A stretch of 64,000 nt of DNA from a bacterium (GTDB lineage: Bacteria > Patescibacteriota > Microgenomatia > UBA8517). The stretch is taken from contig JAJYIG010000001.1 in NCBI GenBank assembly GCA_021790215.1, positions 194 to 64,193 on the forward strand. The letters are read 5' to 3'. The notes under the pieces were generated by a model. That model was not told where the DNA came from and did no database searches. It worked only from the letters and a program-made list of their open reading frames with translations. Shown here piece by piece: positions 1-10,121 of this stretch (positions are counted from its first letter, which is position 1; each line of letters begins with the position of its first letter). A program made the position numbers and the translations under genes.

Positions 1-135
1 AGTAGGCTGGTGGAAGGAATCGGATTCGAGTTTGTGAAAATCCCCGGAGAAGACCGTGTAATTGGCCGAACGACATTCAGAAATTTTAAAGATCTTGCCA
101 AATTTAACGAGATCATAGGCCCCCTTGAGAAATAA
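1..135 (+). CDS. 3' end of a gene running off the left edge (about 44 C-terminal codons, stop TAA 133-135); product not recognisable
   Basis: Open frame from position 1: ...LVEGIGFEFVKIPGEDRVIGRTTFRNFKDLAKFNEIIGPLEK*; convergent with the next gene. Confidence 0.3.
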   Translation, partial: SRLVEGIGFEFVKIPGEDRVIGRTTFRNFKDLAKFNEIIGPLEK

Positions 136-163
136 AGTGGAGTAAATCGTATAATCGGGCTAA

Positions 164-1192
164 TTATTTTCTCTTGGCACCTACTGCAATCCCCAAACCC
201 GTCATCGTCGCAAGAAGAGAAGAACCTCCGGATGAGACCAAAGGAAAAGGAAGACCCGTAACAGGAAGCATCCCCATATTCATACCTGTATGTATAAATA
301 TCTGCACAAGGTATGAAAGGAAAAACCCCGAAACATAGGCACGAGCTGCGGCAGATTCTGAACTCTCCATAATTTTAGTAAGTCTGAAAAGAATAAAAAA
401 ACTAACCAGTAGAAGGAGTCCAGCACCCACAAAACCAAGTTCTTCCGCAGTGGCTGCAAAAACAAAATCGGTTTGCTTTTCAGGCAAAAATGAAAGTTGT
501 GTCTGAATCCCTTTTCCGAGCCCAGTTCCAAAAATCTTGCCAGATCCGGCTGCAATCGTGGATTGCAAACTGTTATACCCAGCTCCCAATGGATCGCTGG
601 AAGGTTCCAGATAAGTCAGGATTCTCTGCTTTTGGTAAGGCGCCAAAATTTGCCAGAAAATAGGCAAAAGAACAAGTACCACCAAAAGGCCTGTAAGTAG
701 ATATTTCTTATTAAATTTACTGGCTATCAAAACTCCGATAAATCCGATAACGGTCAAAATCGAAACACCTAATGATGGCTGAATCACGATTAAGATTGCT
801 GGTATTGCCAAAAGCCCAAGCGACTTAAAAACCTTTTTAAGAGTAACCTCCCCCCTCGTAAGATATGATGCAAAAAAAACTAACAGAAAGGGCCTGACCA
901 CTTCAGCCGGCTGGAGTGTAAAAGGTCCCAATGGAATCCAGCGAATGGTACCTCTCGTAACTCTCCCGATAATAAGGGTCAAAACAAGAAGGAAGACACT
1001 TATTCCATAGAAATATTTGGAAAAAAGAGCGGTTACATCAAAATCAATATTTGAAAAAAACAAGAAAGCTAATGACGCAACAAAAATATAGACAAAATAG
1101 TTAGGAAAAATGTGAGGCGTAAGCGAATCCAAAACCACTGATCCAAAAATTATCAATATAAAAGTGGACAAAGCGATGCCAATATCACGCAT
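164..1192 (-). CDS. SEDS-family peptidoglycan glycosyltransferase (RodA/FtsW paralog)
   Basis: 342 aa polytopic membrane protein. Carries the SEDS signature region GSGKIFGTGLGKGIQTQLSFLPEKQTDFVFAATAEELGFVGAG. It is the second SEDS in the window; the other lies inside the dcw cluster. Confidence 0.8.
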   Translation of the reverse strand: MRDIGIALSTFILIIFGSVVLDSLTPHIFPNYFVYIFVASLAFLFFSNIDFDVTALFSKYFYGISVFLLVLTLIIGRVTRGTIRWIPLGPFTLQPAEVVRPFLLVFFASYLTRGEVTLKKVFKSLGLLAIPAILIVIQPSLGVSILTVIGFIGVLIASKFNKKYLLTGLLVVLVLLPIFWQILAPYQKQRILTYLEPSSDPLGAGYNSLQSTIAAGSGKIFGTGLGKGIQTQLSFLPEKQTDFVFAATAEELGFVGAGLLLLVSFFILFRLTKIMESSESAAARAYVSGFFLSYLVQIFIHTGMNMGMLPVTGLPFPLVSSGGSSLLATMTGLGIAVGAKRK

Positions 1193-1193
1193 T

Positions 1194-4100
1194 TTACGAG
1201 GACCTCACCACCTTAAATTTACCTTCTGATAACTTGGCTATTTGAGCTTTCCTAATCATCCATTGAGTAACTTTTTTATCCAACGGGATCCTTTCCATAT
1301 ATACATTAACCTTTTGGGTAAGATTTAACCCCAAATTCTTTCTTTCCTCTTGAATCTTTCTTACCACATCGCGAATCATCGCTTCTTCTTGAAGCTCTCT
1401 GGTAATTTTAATGTCAAGTCTTACACTTAGCTCTCCCTTCCCGGATTTTGAGACAACACTTTTGACATTCACCTCATCTGCAATAAGCTGACTTATCTCT
1501 TTTGAAAATTGGTAATTGGAAATAGACAACATACTTAGTGGCTGTCTTACAGGAATTCCCTTCTCCTTCCTTACTGCGTGAGCTTTTTCTACCACCTCTC
1601 TAGCCATTTGCATTTCCTCAACCAGTTCCGCACCTTTAATCCCAATCTTAAGACTCGATACTGGGAAATCTGCTAAATGTACAGATTCTTCTTTCGTCAG
1701 ATTTGAGTACATAATATCTGCCACAAAAGGGGTAAATGGGGCAAGAATCTTACTGATATCGCAGAGCAATTTATATGTCGTAGCATAAAAAGAATTGCGG
1801 TCTTTTTCACTTTCTGCTGCCGGACCAACTCTGGATCTGGAACGCCTAACGTACCACAAGGAAACATCGTCTATAAATTTCTCAATTTCCCCACTTGCAG
1901 AAACTGCATTAAATTTCTCCATAGCCTCAGTAACGGAGGTTGTTATCTGGCCGAGCCTAATTAAAATCCACCTGTCAAGAACGTTTATGCTTTTTACCCT
2001 CTCTTTTCCCCTTTGCGGCGTCCAGCCATCAAGATTGGCATAGGTAACAAAAAAGTTATATATATTCCATAGCTTAAGGTGAAATCTTCTTCTGATCTCA
2101 TCCGCGACTTTGTAACCAAAAAGCATATTCTCAGCTGGGTTCGCCCTTGCAAACATCCATCTCATAACATCAACGCCGATCTTGTCAGCCCCTTCGTTAA
2201 ATTCAATCGAATTACCCCAACTCTTATGCATGGGACGTCCATCCTCACCCAATAGCGTCCCAAAACCCAAAACCGTTTTGAATGGATTTGCATTTTCCAA
2301 AACGGTACTCATGGCGATAAGCGAATAAAACCAGTTTTTAAATTGCCCAGGAAAACTTTCTGTAATAAAATCTGCCGGGAACCATTTTCCCCAACTTTCT
2401 TTATCTGTCAGATACAACGGTTTGGTTGTCGTAACACCAAAACCGCAGGCTTTATTATTTTCACTTATTGTGGAAAAGGGAACTATTCCCGCATCAAGCC
2501 AGGGGTTCCCAACCGGCTCTATTCTTGGAGCGATAGCACCGCATTTAGAACATTTGATCTTAATTTCATCAATTTGAGGCTTATGGGGAGATCCTTTGAG
2601 CTTGCCAGTAACAGAACGTTTATTCAATTCTTCTTTTGATCCGATTACTTCAAAGTTACCACATTTGGGACATTCCCAGATAGGAAGAGCCAAACCCCAA
2701 TATCTGTTTTTCTTACTAATAAGCCAGTCGTGCATATTCGCAAGCCAATCCATTTCTCTATCCAATCCAAATCCGGGAAGCCAGGAAATCTTACCGGCTA
2801 CCTCTTTCATCTTCTCCCTTAATGTCCTTACATCTGATACTTCGGGTTCCTCGTCACTGCTATTCCATTTTTCAGATTCAGCATCTCGAGATTGTCTCTT
2901 GTGGGTAGCTGGTCTGTCCATTGATATATACCACTCATCGGTCACTTTCCAAACCAACTCAGTCTTGCATCTCCAACACGCGGGATAACGATGTGTGTAT
3001 TTTTCCGTTTTAAAGACAAATTTCCCATCTTCATATTTACTAAGATAGTCCAAAATGAGTTCTGGATGTTTCTTTGCATTTTTACCGGTGAGAAAATCAA
3101 ATCCGGAAAGGTACTCTGCCATATCATCAATAGCAGGAATTATAGGAAGTCCGATTTTTTGACCAAGTTTATAATCTTCAGTACCAGTTCCCGTTGAAGT
3201 ATGGACTAAACCGGTCCCTTCAGTGGCGGTTATGGGCATAAGCATCGGATCTGTAGAAACCACTGTATGAAACTTGTCATTTTTTCCCGCTCCCGACTTT
3301 ACGGCGGGCAAGTCATCAAATGCAGCAGTATATCTTAGTCCCACCAACTTTGACCCGCGCACACTTTTCAATATTTTATATTTTCTGCCTGCGAAAACTC
3401 TTTGCGCCGCATCCTCCCCAATCCAATACTTATTTTTACCGACTTCAGCAAGCACATATTCCATATCCCCGTCAACAGCAACCGCTATATTCGCAGGAAC
3501 AGTCCAAGGGGTTGTTGTCCAAACCAAAAGATATTCATTCTCCTGACCTACAATCGGGAAAGAAAGGAAAATTGATTCATGGGTAACTTCTTTGTAGTCT
3601 TCGGTTAAAATCTCATGCTCTGATATTGCTGTCTCGCAGCGGGGACACCATGGAACCACATCCGCTCCTTTATATATCCAACCGTTGTCGTAACAAACTT
3701 TCAGAAAATGCCATATCATATAATTATTGTCCTCACTCAATGTGTAATAAGAATTATCCCAATCCATAAAGTAACCAAGTCGTTTACTCTGCTCGGTCTG
3801 AATTCCAGAATATTTTTTAACCCTATCACGGCAGAGTTGAACAAATTTTTCTACACCGAAAGTTTCAATGTCCTTTTTATTTTTAAACTGGAGTTCCTTT
3901 TCTACTTCAACTTCCACCCAAAGTCCCTGGCAGTCAAACCCGTTCTGGAAACGCTGCCTATAACCCTGCATATTCTTAAATCTCTGCCAAATATCTTTAT
4001 AGGTCCTTCCCCATGCATGATGAACTCCCATCGGATTATTTGCAGTTATAGGACCATCGAGAAAAGAAAAATACTTTTTGGAGTTTTTATTACGTCTGAG

Positions 4101-4214
4101 ATACTTTTTAACTAAACCAGTCTTATACCACCGCGAGAGAAGTTTTTTCTCAGCCTCAGGAAAGTTTAACTTAGGGTCAACCGGTTCAAAATAGAGCTTG
4201 CTTTTACCAGCCAT
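1194..4214 (-). CDS. ileS: Isoleucyl-tRNA synthetase
   Basis: 1006 aa. Class I aaRS with HIGH-like PITANNPMGVHHAWGRT, KMSKS-like MHKSWGN and the IleRS editing/zinc region YPACWRCKTELVW. Length is typical for IleRS. Confidence 0.85.
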   Translation of the reverse strand: MAGKSKLYFEPVDPKLNFPEAEKKLLSRWYKTGLVKKYLRRNKNSKKYFSFLDGPITANNPMGVHHAWGRTYKDIWQRFKNMQGYRQRFQNGFDCQGLWVEVEVEKELQFKNKKDIETFGVEKFVQLCRDRVKKYSGIQTEQSKRLGYFMDWDNSYYTLSEDNNYMIWHFLKVCYDNGWIYKGADVVPWCPRCETAISEHEILTEDYKEVTHESIFLSFPIVGQENEYLLVWTTTPWTVPANIAVAVDGDMEYVLAEVGKNKYWIGEDAAQRVFAGRKYKILKSVRGSKLVGLRYTAAFDDLPAVKSGAGKNDKFHTVVSTDPMLMPITATEGTGLVHTSTGTGTEDYKLGQKIGLPIIPAIDDMAEYLSGFDFLTGKNAKKHPELILDYLSKYEDGKFVFKTEKYTHRYPACWRCKTELVWKVTDEWYISMDRPATHKRQSRDAESEKWNSSDEEPEVSDVRTLREKMKEVAGKISWLPGFGLDREMDWLANMHDWLISKKNRYWGLALPIWECPKCGNFEVIGSKEELNKRSVTGKLKGSPHKPQIDEIKIKCSKCGAIAPRIEPVGNPWLDAGIVPFSTISENNKACGFGVTTTKPLYLTDKESWGKWFPADFITESFPGQFKNWFYSLIAMSTVLENANPFKTVLGFGTLLGEDGRPMHKSWGNSIEFNEGADKIGVDVMRWMFARANPAENMLFGYKVADEIRRRFHLKLWNIYNFFVTYANLDGWTPQRGKERVKSINVLDRWILIRLGQITTSVTEAMEKFNAVSASGEIEKFIDDVSLWYVRRSRSRVGPAAESEKDRNSFYATTYKLLCDISKILAPFTPFVADIMYSNLTKEESVHLADFPVSSLKIGIKGAELVEEMQMAREVVEKAHAVRKEKGIPVRQPLSMLSISNYQFSKEISQLIADEVNVKSVVSKSGKGELSVRLDIKITRELQEEAMIRDVVRKIQEERKNLGLNLTQKVNVYMERIPLDKKVTQWMIRKAQIAKLSEGKFKVVRSS

Positions 4215-4222
4215 ATGAAGCT

Positions 4223-4231
4223 ATTTTAGCA
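4223..4231 (-). promoter_or_regulatory. Putative extended -10 element (TGCTAAAAT on the minus strand) 8 nt upstream of the ileS ATG, suggesting a leaderless or near-leaderless mRNA
   Basis: Reverse complement of 4223-4231 is TGCTAAAAT; no SD between it and the start codon at 4212-4214. Confidence 0.3.
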
Positions 4232-4302
4232 CAGATTTTAAGAAGCTGAAAACCTGTTTTGAGATCGGCGCAGACCGAAAGCACAAAAAGATATAGATAC
4301 TA

Positions 4303-4569
4303 TCAACCAAAATCTAAATCAATACTTGATTTTACAAAGTTCTTACTACGGGTTACAATGCGGCCAGATGCTCTTTTACCTTGCGAGACTGCATACGCCG
4401 CAGTTTGAGCCGATTCCTCAGCAGAAAAACGTAAATCAGGATCAGGATCTTCTCCAATTTCTATTCTTATATTCCTCCATGTAAACGGACCAAACTGATA
4501 TAGACCCTTATATGGCCCATTTACAGCATTTGATCTAAATCCCGATTCACAAATTGCAACATACCTCAT
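4303..4569 (-). CDS. Small transglycosylase-like (Rpf-type) domain protein without a signal peptide
   Basis: 88 aa. IAICESGFRSN...YKGLYQFGPFTW...AEESAQTAAYAV matches the transglycosylase-like/Rpf core (CESGG...GLxQF...TW). An in-frame TAA 15 codons upstream excludes a longer N-terminus. Confidence 0.5.
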   Translation of the reverse strand: MRYVAICESGFRSNAVNGPYKGLYQFGPFTWRNIRIEIGEDPDPDLRFSAEESAQTAAYAVSQGKRASGRIVTRSKNFVKSSIDLDFG

Positions 4570-4615
4570 AACATTAGGGTCTACTCCATACCGAACCGAA
4601 AATCTGTCAATTTAA

Positions 4616-5779
4616 TTAGTGGATTTTTCTTAAGAAGGCCGGAATTTCAAACTTCTGTCCAAACACATCCTCCTCACCCGGAGTTCCACCGTCATCATCG
4701 GGTGGTCTCTTTCTTTCTTCCTCATCTTCATTTTCCGTAATATGCTTGGTGGGCTCGCTGACAACGCCCTGAACTACTGGAGGCCTAACCTGCGTCTGGC
4801 TCATTTGAGCTAGACGTGAACGTGTTTCATCAAAACCTGTAGCAATAACCGTAATTTTAACCTGATCAGTAAGATCTGGTTTGATAACAGCTCCAAAAAT
4901 CACATTCGCGTCGGGATCGGCTGCTGAAGAAATGATCCTGGCAGCCTCATCAACCTCAAACATCGTCAAATCATTTCCACCAGCTATATTAAATAAAACT
5001 CCGCGGGCACCTTCAATAGAAAGGTCAAGAAGCGGAGAAGAGACAGCGGCGCGTGCTGCCATTTGGGCCCTGTTTTCGCCAACACCGGTTCCTATACCAA
5101 GAAGGGCAGAACCTGCTTCCTTCATAATTGTCTTAACATCAGCAAAATCAACATTTACAAGTCCTGCTGTAGTTATAATGTCAGCGATGCCCCCAACTCC
5201 TTGAGCCAGAACTGAATCTACAACTTTGAAGGCTTCGAGAAGTGTCATCTTACGGTCAATTACATCCATCAAACGCTGGTTAGGAATAACAATTAATGTG
5301 TCTGTAGCTTCCTTTAATTTTTCTATACCATCCTCAGCTGCCACCATCCTTCGAGTTCCTTCAAAAGCAAACGGTTTGGTGACAACTCCCACAGTAAGAG
5401 CTCCCGCTTCTTTTGCAAGTTGTGCGATAACAGGTGAGGCTCCAGTACCCGTTCCTCCTCCCATTCCTGCTGTAACAAAAACCATATCCGTATCAATCAT
5501 TAGCTCTTTAATTTTTTCGATAGACTCCTCGGCAGCGTGAGTACCGATTTCGGGATTTCCCCCCACACCAAGCCCTTTAGTTAACTTTTCTCCTATCTGC
5601 AGTTTTGTTGGAGCCTTATTGTTAAGAAGAACCTGAGCATCAGTATTAATCGCAATAAATTCAACACCATTGATCGTTCCTGAATCAATCATGGAGACAA
5701 TCGCGTTTCCGCCGCCGCCGCCGACGCCAATAACTTTTATTTTAGCTATCCTTGCGCTATCGGGTTTTACGAGTGCCAT
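4616..5779 (-). CDS. ftsZ: Cell division GTPase FtsZ
   Basis: Tubulin signature [13 protein letters not shown] and [20 protein letters not shown], with an acidic C-terminal tail. Confidence 0.97.
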   Translation of the reverse strand: MALVKPDSARIAKIKVIGVGGGGGNAIVSMIDSGTINGVEFIAINTDAQVLLNNKAPTKLQIGEKLTKGLGVGGNPEIGTHAAEESIEKIKELMIDTDMVFVTAGMGGGTGTGASPVIAQLAKEAGALTVGVVTKPFAFEGTRRMVAAEDGIEKLKEATDTLIVIPNQRLMDVIDRKMTLLEAFKVVDSVLAQGVGGIADIITTAGLVNVDFADVKTIMKEAGSALLGIGTGVGENRAQMAARAAVSSPLLDLSIEGARGVLFNIAGGNDLTMFEVDEAARIISSAADPDANVIFGAVIKPDLTDQVKITVIATGFDETRSRLAQMSQTQVRPPVVQGVVSEPTKHITENEDEEERKRPPDDDGGTPGEEDVFGQKFEIPAFLRKIH

Positions 5780-5869
5780 AATATATTTATCAAAATTTCT
5801 TACAAAAATGTTAAATAAAGAATTTAAACAGACGCATTCGCCGCATTGTATCGTGGGCAGAAGAAAAAC

Positions 5870-7132
5870 TCAAGGCAGGAGATTCTTTATACTATCTATC
5901 ACCTTGCCGAAAATACCAATTGAGGGTAGTTTCACCTTTTTTGTGAAACTTGTCAAGTTCTGTTCCGGTATTTGTTTGGAACCATAAACCAAAAGTCCCA
6001 CTGAAGTTGCAAAAGAAGGTGTAATAATATCATCAATAAGACCTCCGACACCACCCGGAACACCAATTCTCACCGGAAGTGAAAGCATTCTTCTTGCAGA
6101 ATCGATTACACCAGCTGTTTCTGCACCTCCACCTGTAATGATTGCCCCTGAAGGAACCCTGTTGGCCAAACCTTCTCTTTCAAGTTCAAGCCTAACCATT
6201 GTAAATATCTCATTCAGACGAGGCCTTATTATTCCTTCCAAAAGAGTTTTTTTAGAAATTTTTTTGACCTCAGTAACACCCAGCGACTCCAGATCCACTT
6301 CATCCGTATCCTTATCATCTTTATGTTTTTTAGAAGAAAGAGCTAATTTGATTTTCTCTGCTGTCTCAAGTGAAACCCTCAGACCAATCGCCAAATCGTT
6401 GGTAACATTTTTAGCACCGACCGGAATCACACCCGAATAAGAAAGCGCACCGTCAACGTAAGCTGCAATTGAAGTTGTACCTCCGCCAATATCGACAAGG
6501 ACACATCCAAGCTCTTTTTCTGTCGGCGACACCACACCTTCTGAAGAGGCTACTCCTGAAAAAACCAAGTCTTCAATTTGGATCCCAACTTCATTAATTG
6601 CTTTTCTGAGATTTTTTACGGCGGCCGATGCAGCTGTAACAATGTGTGTATCAACTTCCAGCCGTACTCCGCTCATACCAACAGCATCTCTAACTCCCGC
6701 TTCTCCATCAACTACGAATTCTCTGGGCAAAACATGAATTACCTCCCGTGAAGCCGGCAAAGAAATCGCAGAAGCAGCTTCGATTGCCCGATCTACATCG
6801 TTTTGTGTAATTTCCCCGTTTGAATCAGATACCGCAACCACTCCATGTGAATTTTGTGAGTGAATATGCGCCCCGCCTAAAGAAACATAGGCAGCTTCAA
6901 GATTATATCCTGCCATTCTTTCTGCAGCCTCTACCGAGGAAATTATTGCCTCAACTGCCTCTTCAATATCTACTATCTGTCCTTTCTTGATTCCACGCGA
7001 TTCCGTTGCAGAAGCACCAACGACATTAATAGAAGTCTCAAAAGTTACAGGTTCTACCACAACCTGACTTACTAATGTGGAAATTTTACTTGATCCTATA
7101 TCAAGTGCAGCTACAATTCTGTTTTTAGCCAT
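5870..7132 (-). CDS. ftsA: Cell division protein FtsA (actin-like ATPase)
   Basis: 420 aa. N-terminal IVAALDIGSSKISTLV, DIGGGTT, actin-fold motifs, and its position upstream of ftsZ. Confidence 0.92.
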   Translation of the reverse strand: MAKNRIVAALDIGSSKISTLVSQVVVEPVTFETSINVVGASATESRGIKKGQIVDIEEAVEAIISSVEAAERMAGYNLEAAYVSLGGAHIHSQNSHGVVAVSDSNGEITQNDVDRAIEAASAISLPASREVIHVLPREFVVDGEAGVRDAVGMSGVRLEVDTHIVTAASAAVKNLRKAINEVGIQIEDLVFSGVASSEGVVSPTEKELGCVLVDIGGGTTSIAAYVDGALSYSGVIPVGAKNVTNDLAIGLRVSLETAEKIKLALSSKKHKDDKDTDEVDLESLGVTEVKKISKKTLLEGIIRPRLNEIFTMVRLELEREGLANRVPSGAIITGGGAETAGVIDSARRMLSLPVRIGVPGGVGGLIDDIITPSFATSVGLLVYGSKQIPEQNLTSFTKKVKLPSIGIFGKVIDSIKNLLP

Positions 7133-7137
7133 TTCAA

Positions 7138-7803
7138 TTATCTTAGCACAGGATTTTTATACCTCAAGTCGATTTGCGAATAAGAATTAACAGGTTCGCT
7201 TTGAATCTTTGAATATATCAATCTCAAAGCTCCAAGAAGAACCTGATAATCACCTTCTAAAGGAAATATTACTCTGATTCCACCAGGCATATCAACAAGC
7301 AAAGTTTTATTCTGAATATCCGAAGATTGAATCTGATACATTTCGTATACCCCAGCTTCCAGTTCAAGCGCAAAAAGATTTTGACCTCCGACATTTGCGC
7401 CTACAGCAGGAATACCACCGACAACTACGACAGTTGGTAGATTTGAGTTCTGTGTGGATGAAAAAACTTCACCGTTCTTCCCAACTAGATCTATATTTCC
7501 GGATCCTGAATCTTTTAGTGCAAACAAAGGCTCTCTAATGATTAGATTTACCTGAAGGAAATCCGGTAGTTTAAACTGCACTGAAAAATCTGAAACGAGA
7601 GGTTGGCTTTTGAGGAATTTTGAGAGCTCGGACCTAGCTTTAAAAAGGCTTTTATATTGCATTTTTGAAATCCCGGATTCAATTTCCACCGGACAGGATC
7701 CAACTTGAGATTTACATTCAATCCTTACTTTTACAAAAAATGGATAAAGAACCAAACCTAAAATAATGATGACTGCTGCGGTAGTTATCAGAATATTTTT
7801 CAC
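7138..7803 (-). CDS. ftsQ: Cell division protein FtsQ/DivIB (POTRA domain)
   Basis: 221 aa. Single N-terminal TM, C-terminal IDLRYKNPVL typical of FtsQ, and its position upstream of ftsA. Confidence 0.75.
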   Translation of the reverse strand: MKNILITTAAVIIILGLVLYPFFVKVRIECKSQVGSCPVEIESGISKMQYKSLFKARSELSKFLKSQPLVSDFSVQFKLPDFLQVNLIIREPLFALKDSGSGNIDLVGKNGEVFSSTQNSNLPTVVVVGGIPAVGANVGGQNLFALELEAGVYEMYQIQSSDIQNKTLLVDMPGGIRVIFPLEGDYQVLLGALRLIYSKIQSEPVNSYSQIDLRYKNPVLR

Positions 7804-7804
7804 T

Positions 7805-8962
7805 TTAGATTACGTAAGACTTGATAAGCTCTAAGAGTTTCTTGGAAGCCTCTTTGTCGGGGCTCGCTTTTGATTTAACTTTTTCCATTATCGATTGATA
7901 ATTTACAACCATGTTATCTAGGTTCCTGAGAAGAATCTCAGGAGTCAAATCTTTCTGCAAGATAATTTTGGCGATACCAAGTTCCTTGGCGATAAGCGCG
8001 TTTGCTTCTTGTTCGTTACGGTAGCTAATAGAAAGAGGAATCAAAATAGCCGGCCGTTTTACGGTTATAATTTCGGATACCGTATTTGCACCTGCACGTG
8101 ATACAATAAGATCAGCTTTCCCGTAAATTTCAGACACTTCTAGTGGGTTCACTCTAACAAATACTTCATAGTTATCTCTCAAAGCTTGCGGAAGTGCCTG
8201 TTTTATCTCCGAAAACTTATGATAATCCAGGCCTCCAGTTTGATGAATTACTTTATATTTCGCAAGGAGTTTCCTCAAAATTTTTTCAATAACTTTATTA
8301 ATACTTTGCGAACCACGCGATCCTCCGGTAATAAAAATGGTTGCGGGGTTTCCTATTTTCTTTTTAGGTTTAACCAAGGTGACTTCTTTCATGACCGGAT
8401 TGCCAGTAACAACACATTTTTGCAGAGGAAAATACTTTAAGCTATTTTCCCTGGATAGTGCAATCTTTGTCGCAAATTTTGATGAAATCTGATTCGAACG
8501 GCCACTCTCGGATGTTTGCTCGTGAATAACTATAGGAATTCCCAGAATTCTTGCACCCAAAACCACCGGGAAAGAGGCAAATCCACCAAAAGACAAAACT
8601 ACCTCAGGTTTAATCTGAACGAGGTAATAAAACGATTGAATAAAACCAATTGGTATTTTCAGAATTGAAGGGATTGTCCAAAATGTAAACCTAGTTTGGA
8701 AACGTCCTGTCTTTATCGCCAAAAATCTTACCCCTAGCCGGGGCAAAACTTCCGATTCCAATGTAACAATCTTTTTACCTTCAATTGCATTTCTCACACC
8801 AATCCAATAAAGCTTCCAATTCAGGTTTTGCGATCTAATTTCTTCCACCAAGGCAACTGCTGTTGTGGCAGCATGCCCGCCGGTAAAAACCACTGATTTA
8901 CTTTCTGTGTTTTTCATAAACATCGCTATATTTGCTGATATTAAGAAGTATACCGCAAGCAA
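7805..8962 (-). CDS. murG: MurG, UDP-GlcNAc:lipid I GlcNAc transferase
   Basis: VVFTGGHAATTAVAL and FITGGSRGSQSINK GT28 motifs. The true start is probably the internal Met near 8923 (MFMKNTESK...), which removes the overlap with ftsW. Confidence 0.9.
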   Translation of the reverse strand: MLAVYFLISANIAMFMKNTESKSVVFTGGHAATTAVALVEEIRSQNLNWKLYWIGVRNAIEGKKIVTLESEVLPRLGVRFLAIKTGRFQTRFTFWTIPSILKIPIGFIQSFYYLVQIKPEVVLSFGGFASFPVVLGARILGIPIVIHEQTSESGRSNQISSKFATKIALSRENSLKYFPLQKCVVTGNPVMKEVTLVKPKKKIGNPATIFITGGSRGSQSINKVIEKILRKLLAKYKVIHQTGGLDYHKFSEIKQALPQALRDNYEVFVRVNPLEVSEIYGKADLIVSRAGANTVSEIITVKRPAILIPLSISYRNEQEANALIAKELGIAKIILQKDLTPEILLRNLDNMVVNYQSIMEKVKSKASPDKEASKKLLELIKSYVI

Positions 8963-10121
8963 TAAGAGTCATCACTAAAGAACTCCCCCCATATGAAATA
9001 AAAGGCAGGGGAATACCCGTTAAAGGAACCAAAGCAACAATCGAGGCAATGTTTAAAAATGCCTGGCCGGCCACCCAAGTCGCAATACCAATTGCCAACA
9101 CTTTTGAAAAACTATCAGGAGCTTTTTGCGCTATCCTAATAGCTTTGAGAAAGAAATAAACAAACAGCGCAATAACAGCGACTGAGCCAATTAGTCCTAA
9201 TTCTTCAGAAATTACTGCAAAGATGGAATCAGTTGAAGCTTCAGGCAAAAACAAATATTTCTGGCGGGAAGCTCCGAGTCCCACACCAAAAGCACCACCC
9301 GAACCGAGAGCTAACAGAATCTGTCTAATGTGATAGGATTTTCCTAACGGATCTTCTGTGGTTTGCAAAAAGGTTGTCAATCTGGCCCTTCTGTATGGGG
9401 AAAGAATAATCAAGACAAATGTTGCCGCTGCACCCACTATACCCGCACCAAAGAAATAAAGAGGGTTAACATCTGAAACAAAGATCTGCGAAAGTCCTAT
9501 CATAGCTATAACTAACGTGGTTCCCAAATCCGGTTGCAGCATAATCAATGCCGAAACCACTGCAAGAGGAATAAAATATGACAAAGCATTTTTACCACGG
9601 CTGGCGACTTTCGCTAAATATATACAAATCGAGAATTTCATAAGTTCGGATGGTTGGAAATTAATTAACCCAAGTGAAATCCAACGTCTTGCACCAAGAG
9701 CGGCAGATCCAAAATGTGGAATTAAAACCAAAAGCAGAAGAGCAAGAGAACCAAAAAAGAATGGGGTCGCAACCTTCTCCCAAAATGAATATTTGATCTT
9801 GGATGCTATAACGAAAGCTATGATACCGATTACAGACCATTCCGCTTGCTGTTTTAAAAGATAAAATTTATCGCCATAAGCATTAAGGGCTTGCGGAGCT
9901 GAAACATCGGCAACGGCCACTAGTCCGAAAATAACCAAAAAAAGTACCAGTATGAGGAAATTCCTATCAATAGACCTCTCAGCTGAATTTTTCTGCTTGA
10001 GAAAACCTACTCTTTTCACACATTCATTGTAGCAATTTAGATAGTAGCTAACCAGAGCCCGAAGACGGCAAGAAGTATTCCCAAAATCCATGCTCTCATA
10101 ACAATCTTCGGCTCTTGCCAT
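8898..10121 (-). CDS. ftsW: FtsW (SEDS family, dcw cluster copy)
   Basis: Polytopic. LGKSYHIRQILLALGSGGAFGVGLGASRQKYLFLPEASTDSIFAVISEELG. The ORF start overlaps the mraY stop; a GTG at 10019 (VKRVGF...) would give a non-overlapping start. Confidence 0.88.
   Translation of the reverse strand: MARAEDCYESMDFGNTSCRLRALVSYYLNCYNECVKRVGFLKQKNSAERSIDRNFLILVLFLVIFGLVAVADVSAPQALNAYGDKFYLLKQQAEWSVIGIIAFVIASKIKYSFWEKVATPFFFGSLALLLLVLIPHFGSAALGARRWISLGLINFQPSELMKFSICIYLAKVASRGKNALSYFIPLAVVSALIMLQPDLGTTLVIAMIGLSQIFVSDVNPLYFFGAGIVGAAATFVLIILSPYRRARLTTFLQTTEDPLGKSYHIRQILLALGSGGAFGVGLGASRQKYLFLPEASTDSIFAVISEELGLIGSVAVIALFVYFFLKAIRIAQKAPDSFSKVLAIGIATWVAGQAFLNIASIVALVPLTGIPLPFISYGGSSLVMTLIACGILLNISKYSDVYEKHRK

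Noticed and set aside
164-1192. Naming the first SEDS gene rodA
   Set aside because: No mreB, mreC or pbp2 neighbours are present and the protein alone cannot separate RodA from FtsW/SpoVE paralogs, so the symbol is left blank.
1795-4115. Several plus-strand ORFs of 60-135 aa (e.g. 1795..2043, 2343..2639, 2596..2988, 3708..4115) inside ileS
   Set aside because: They lie entirely within a confidently identified minus-strand gene, are low-complexity antisense translations and have no recognisable motifs.
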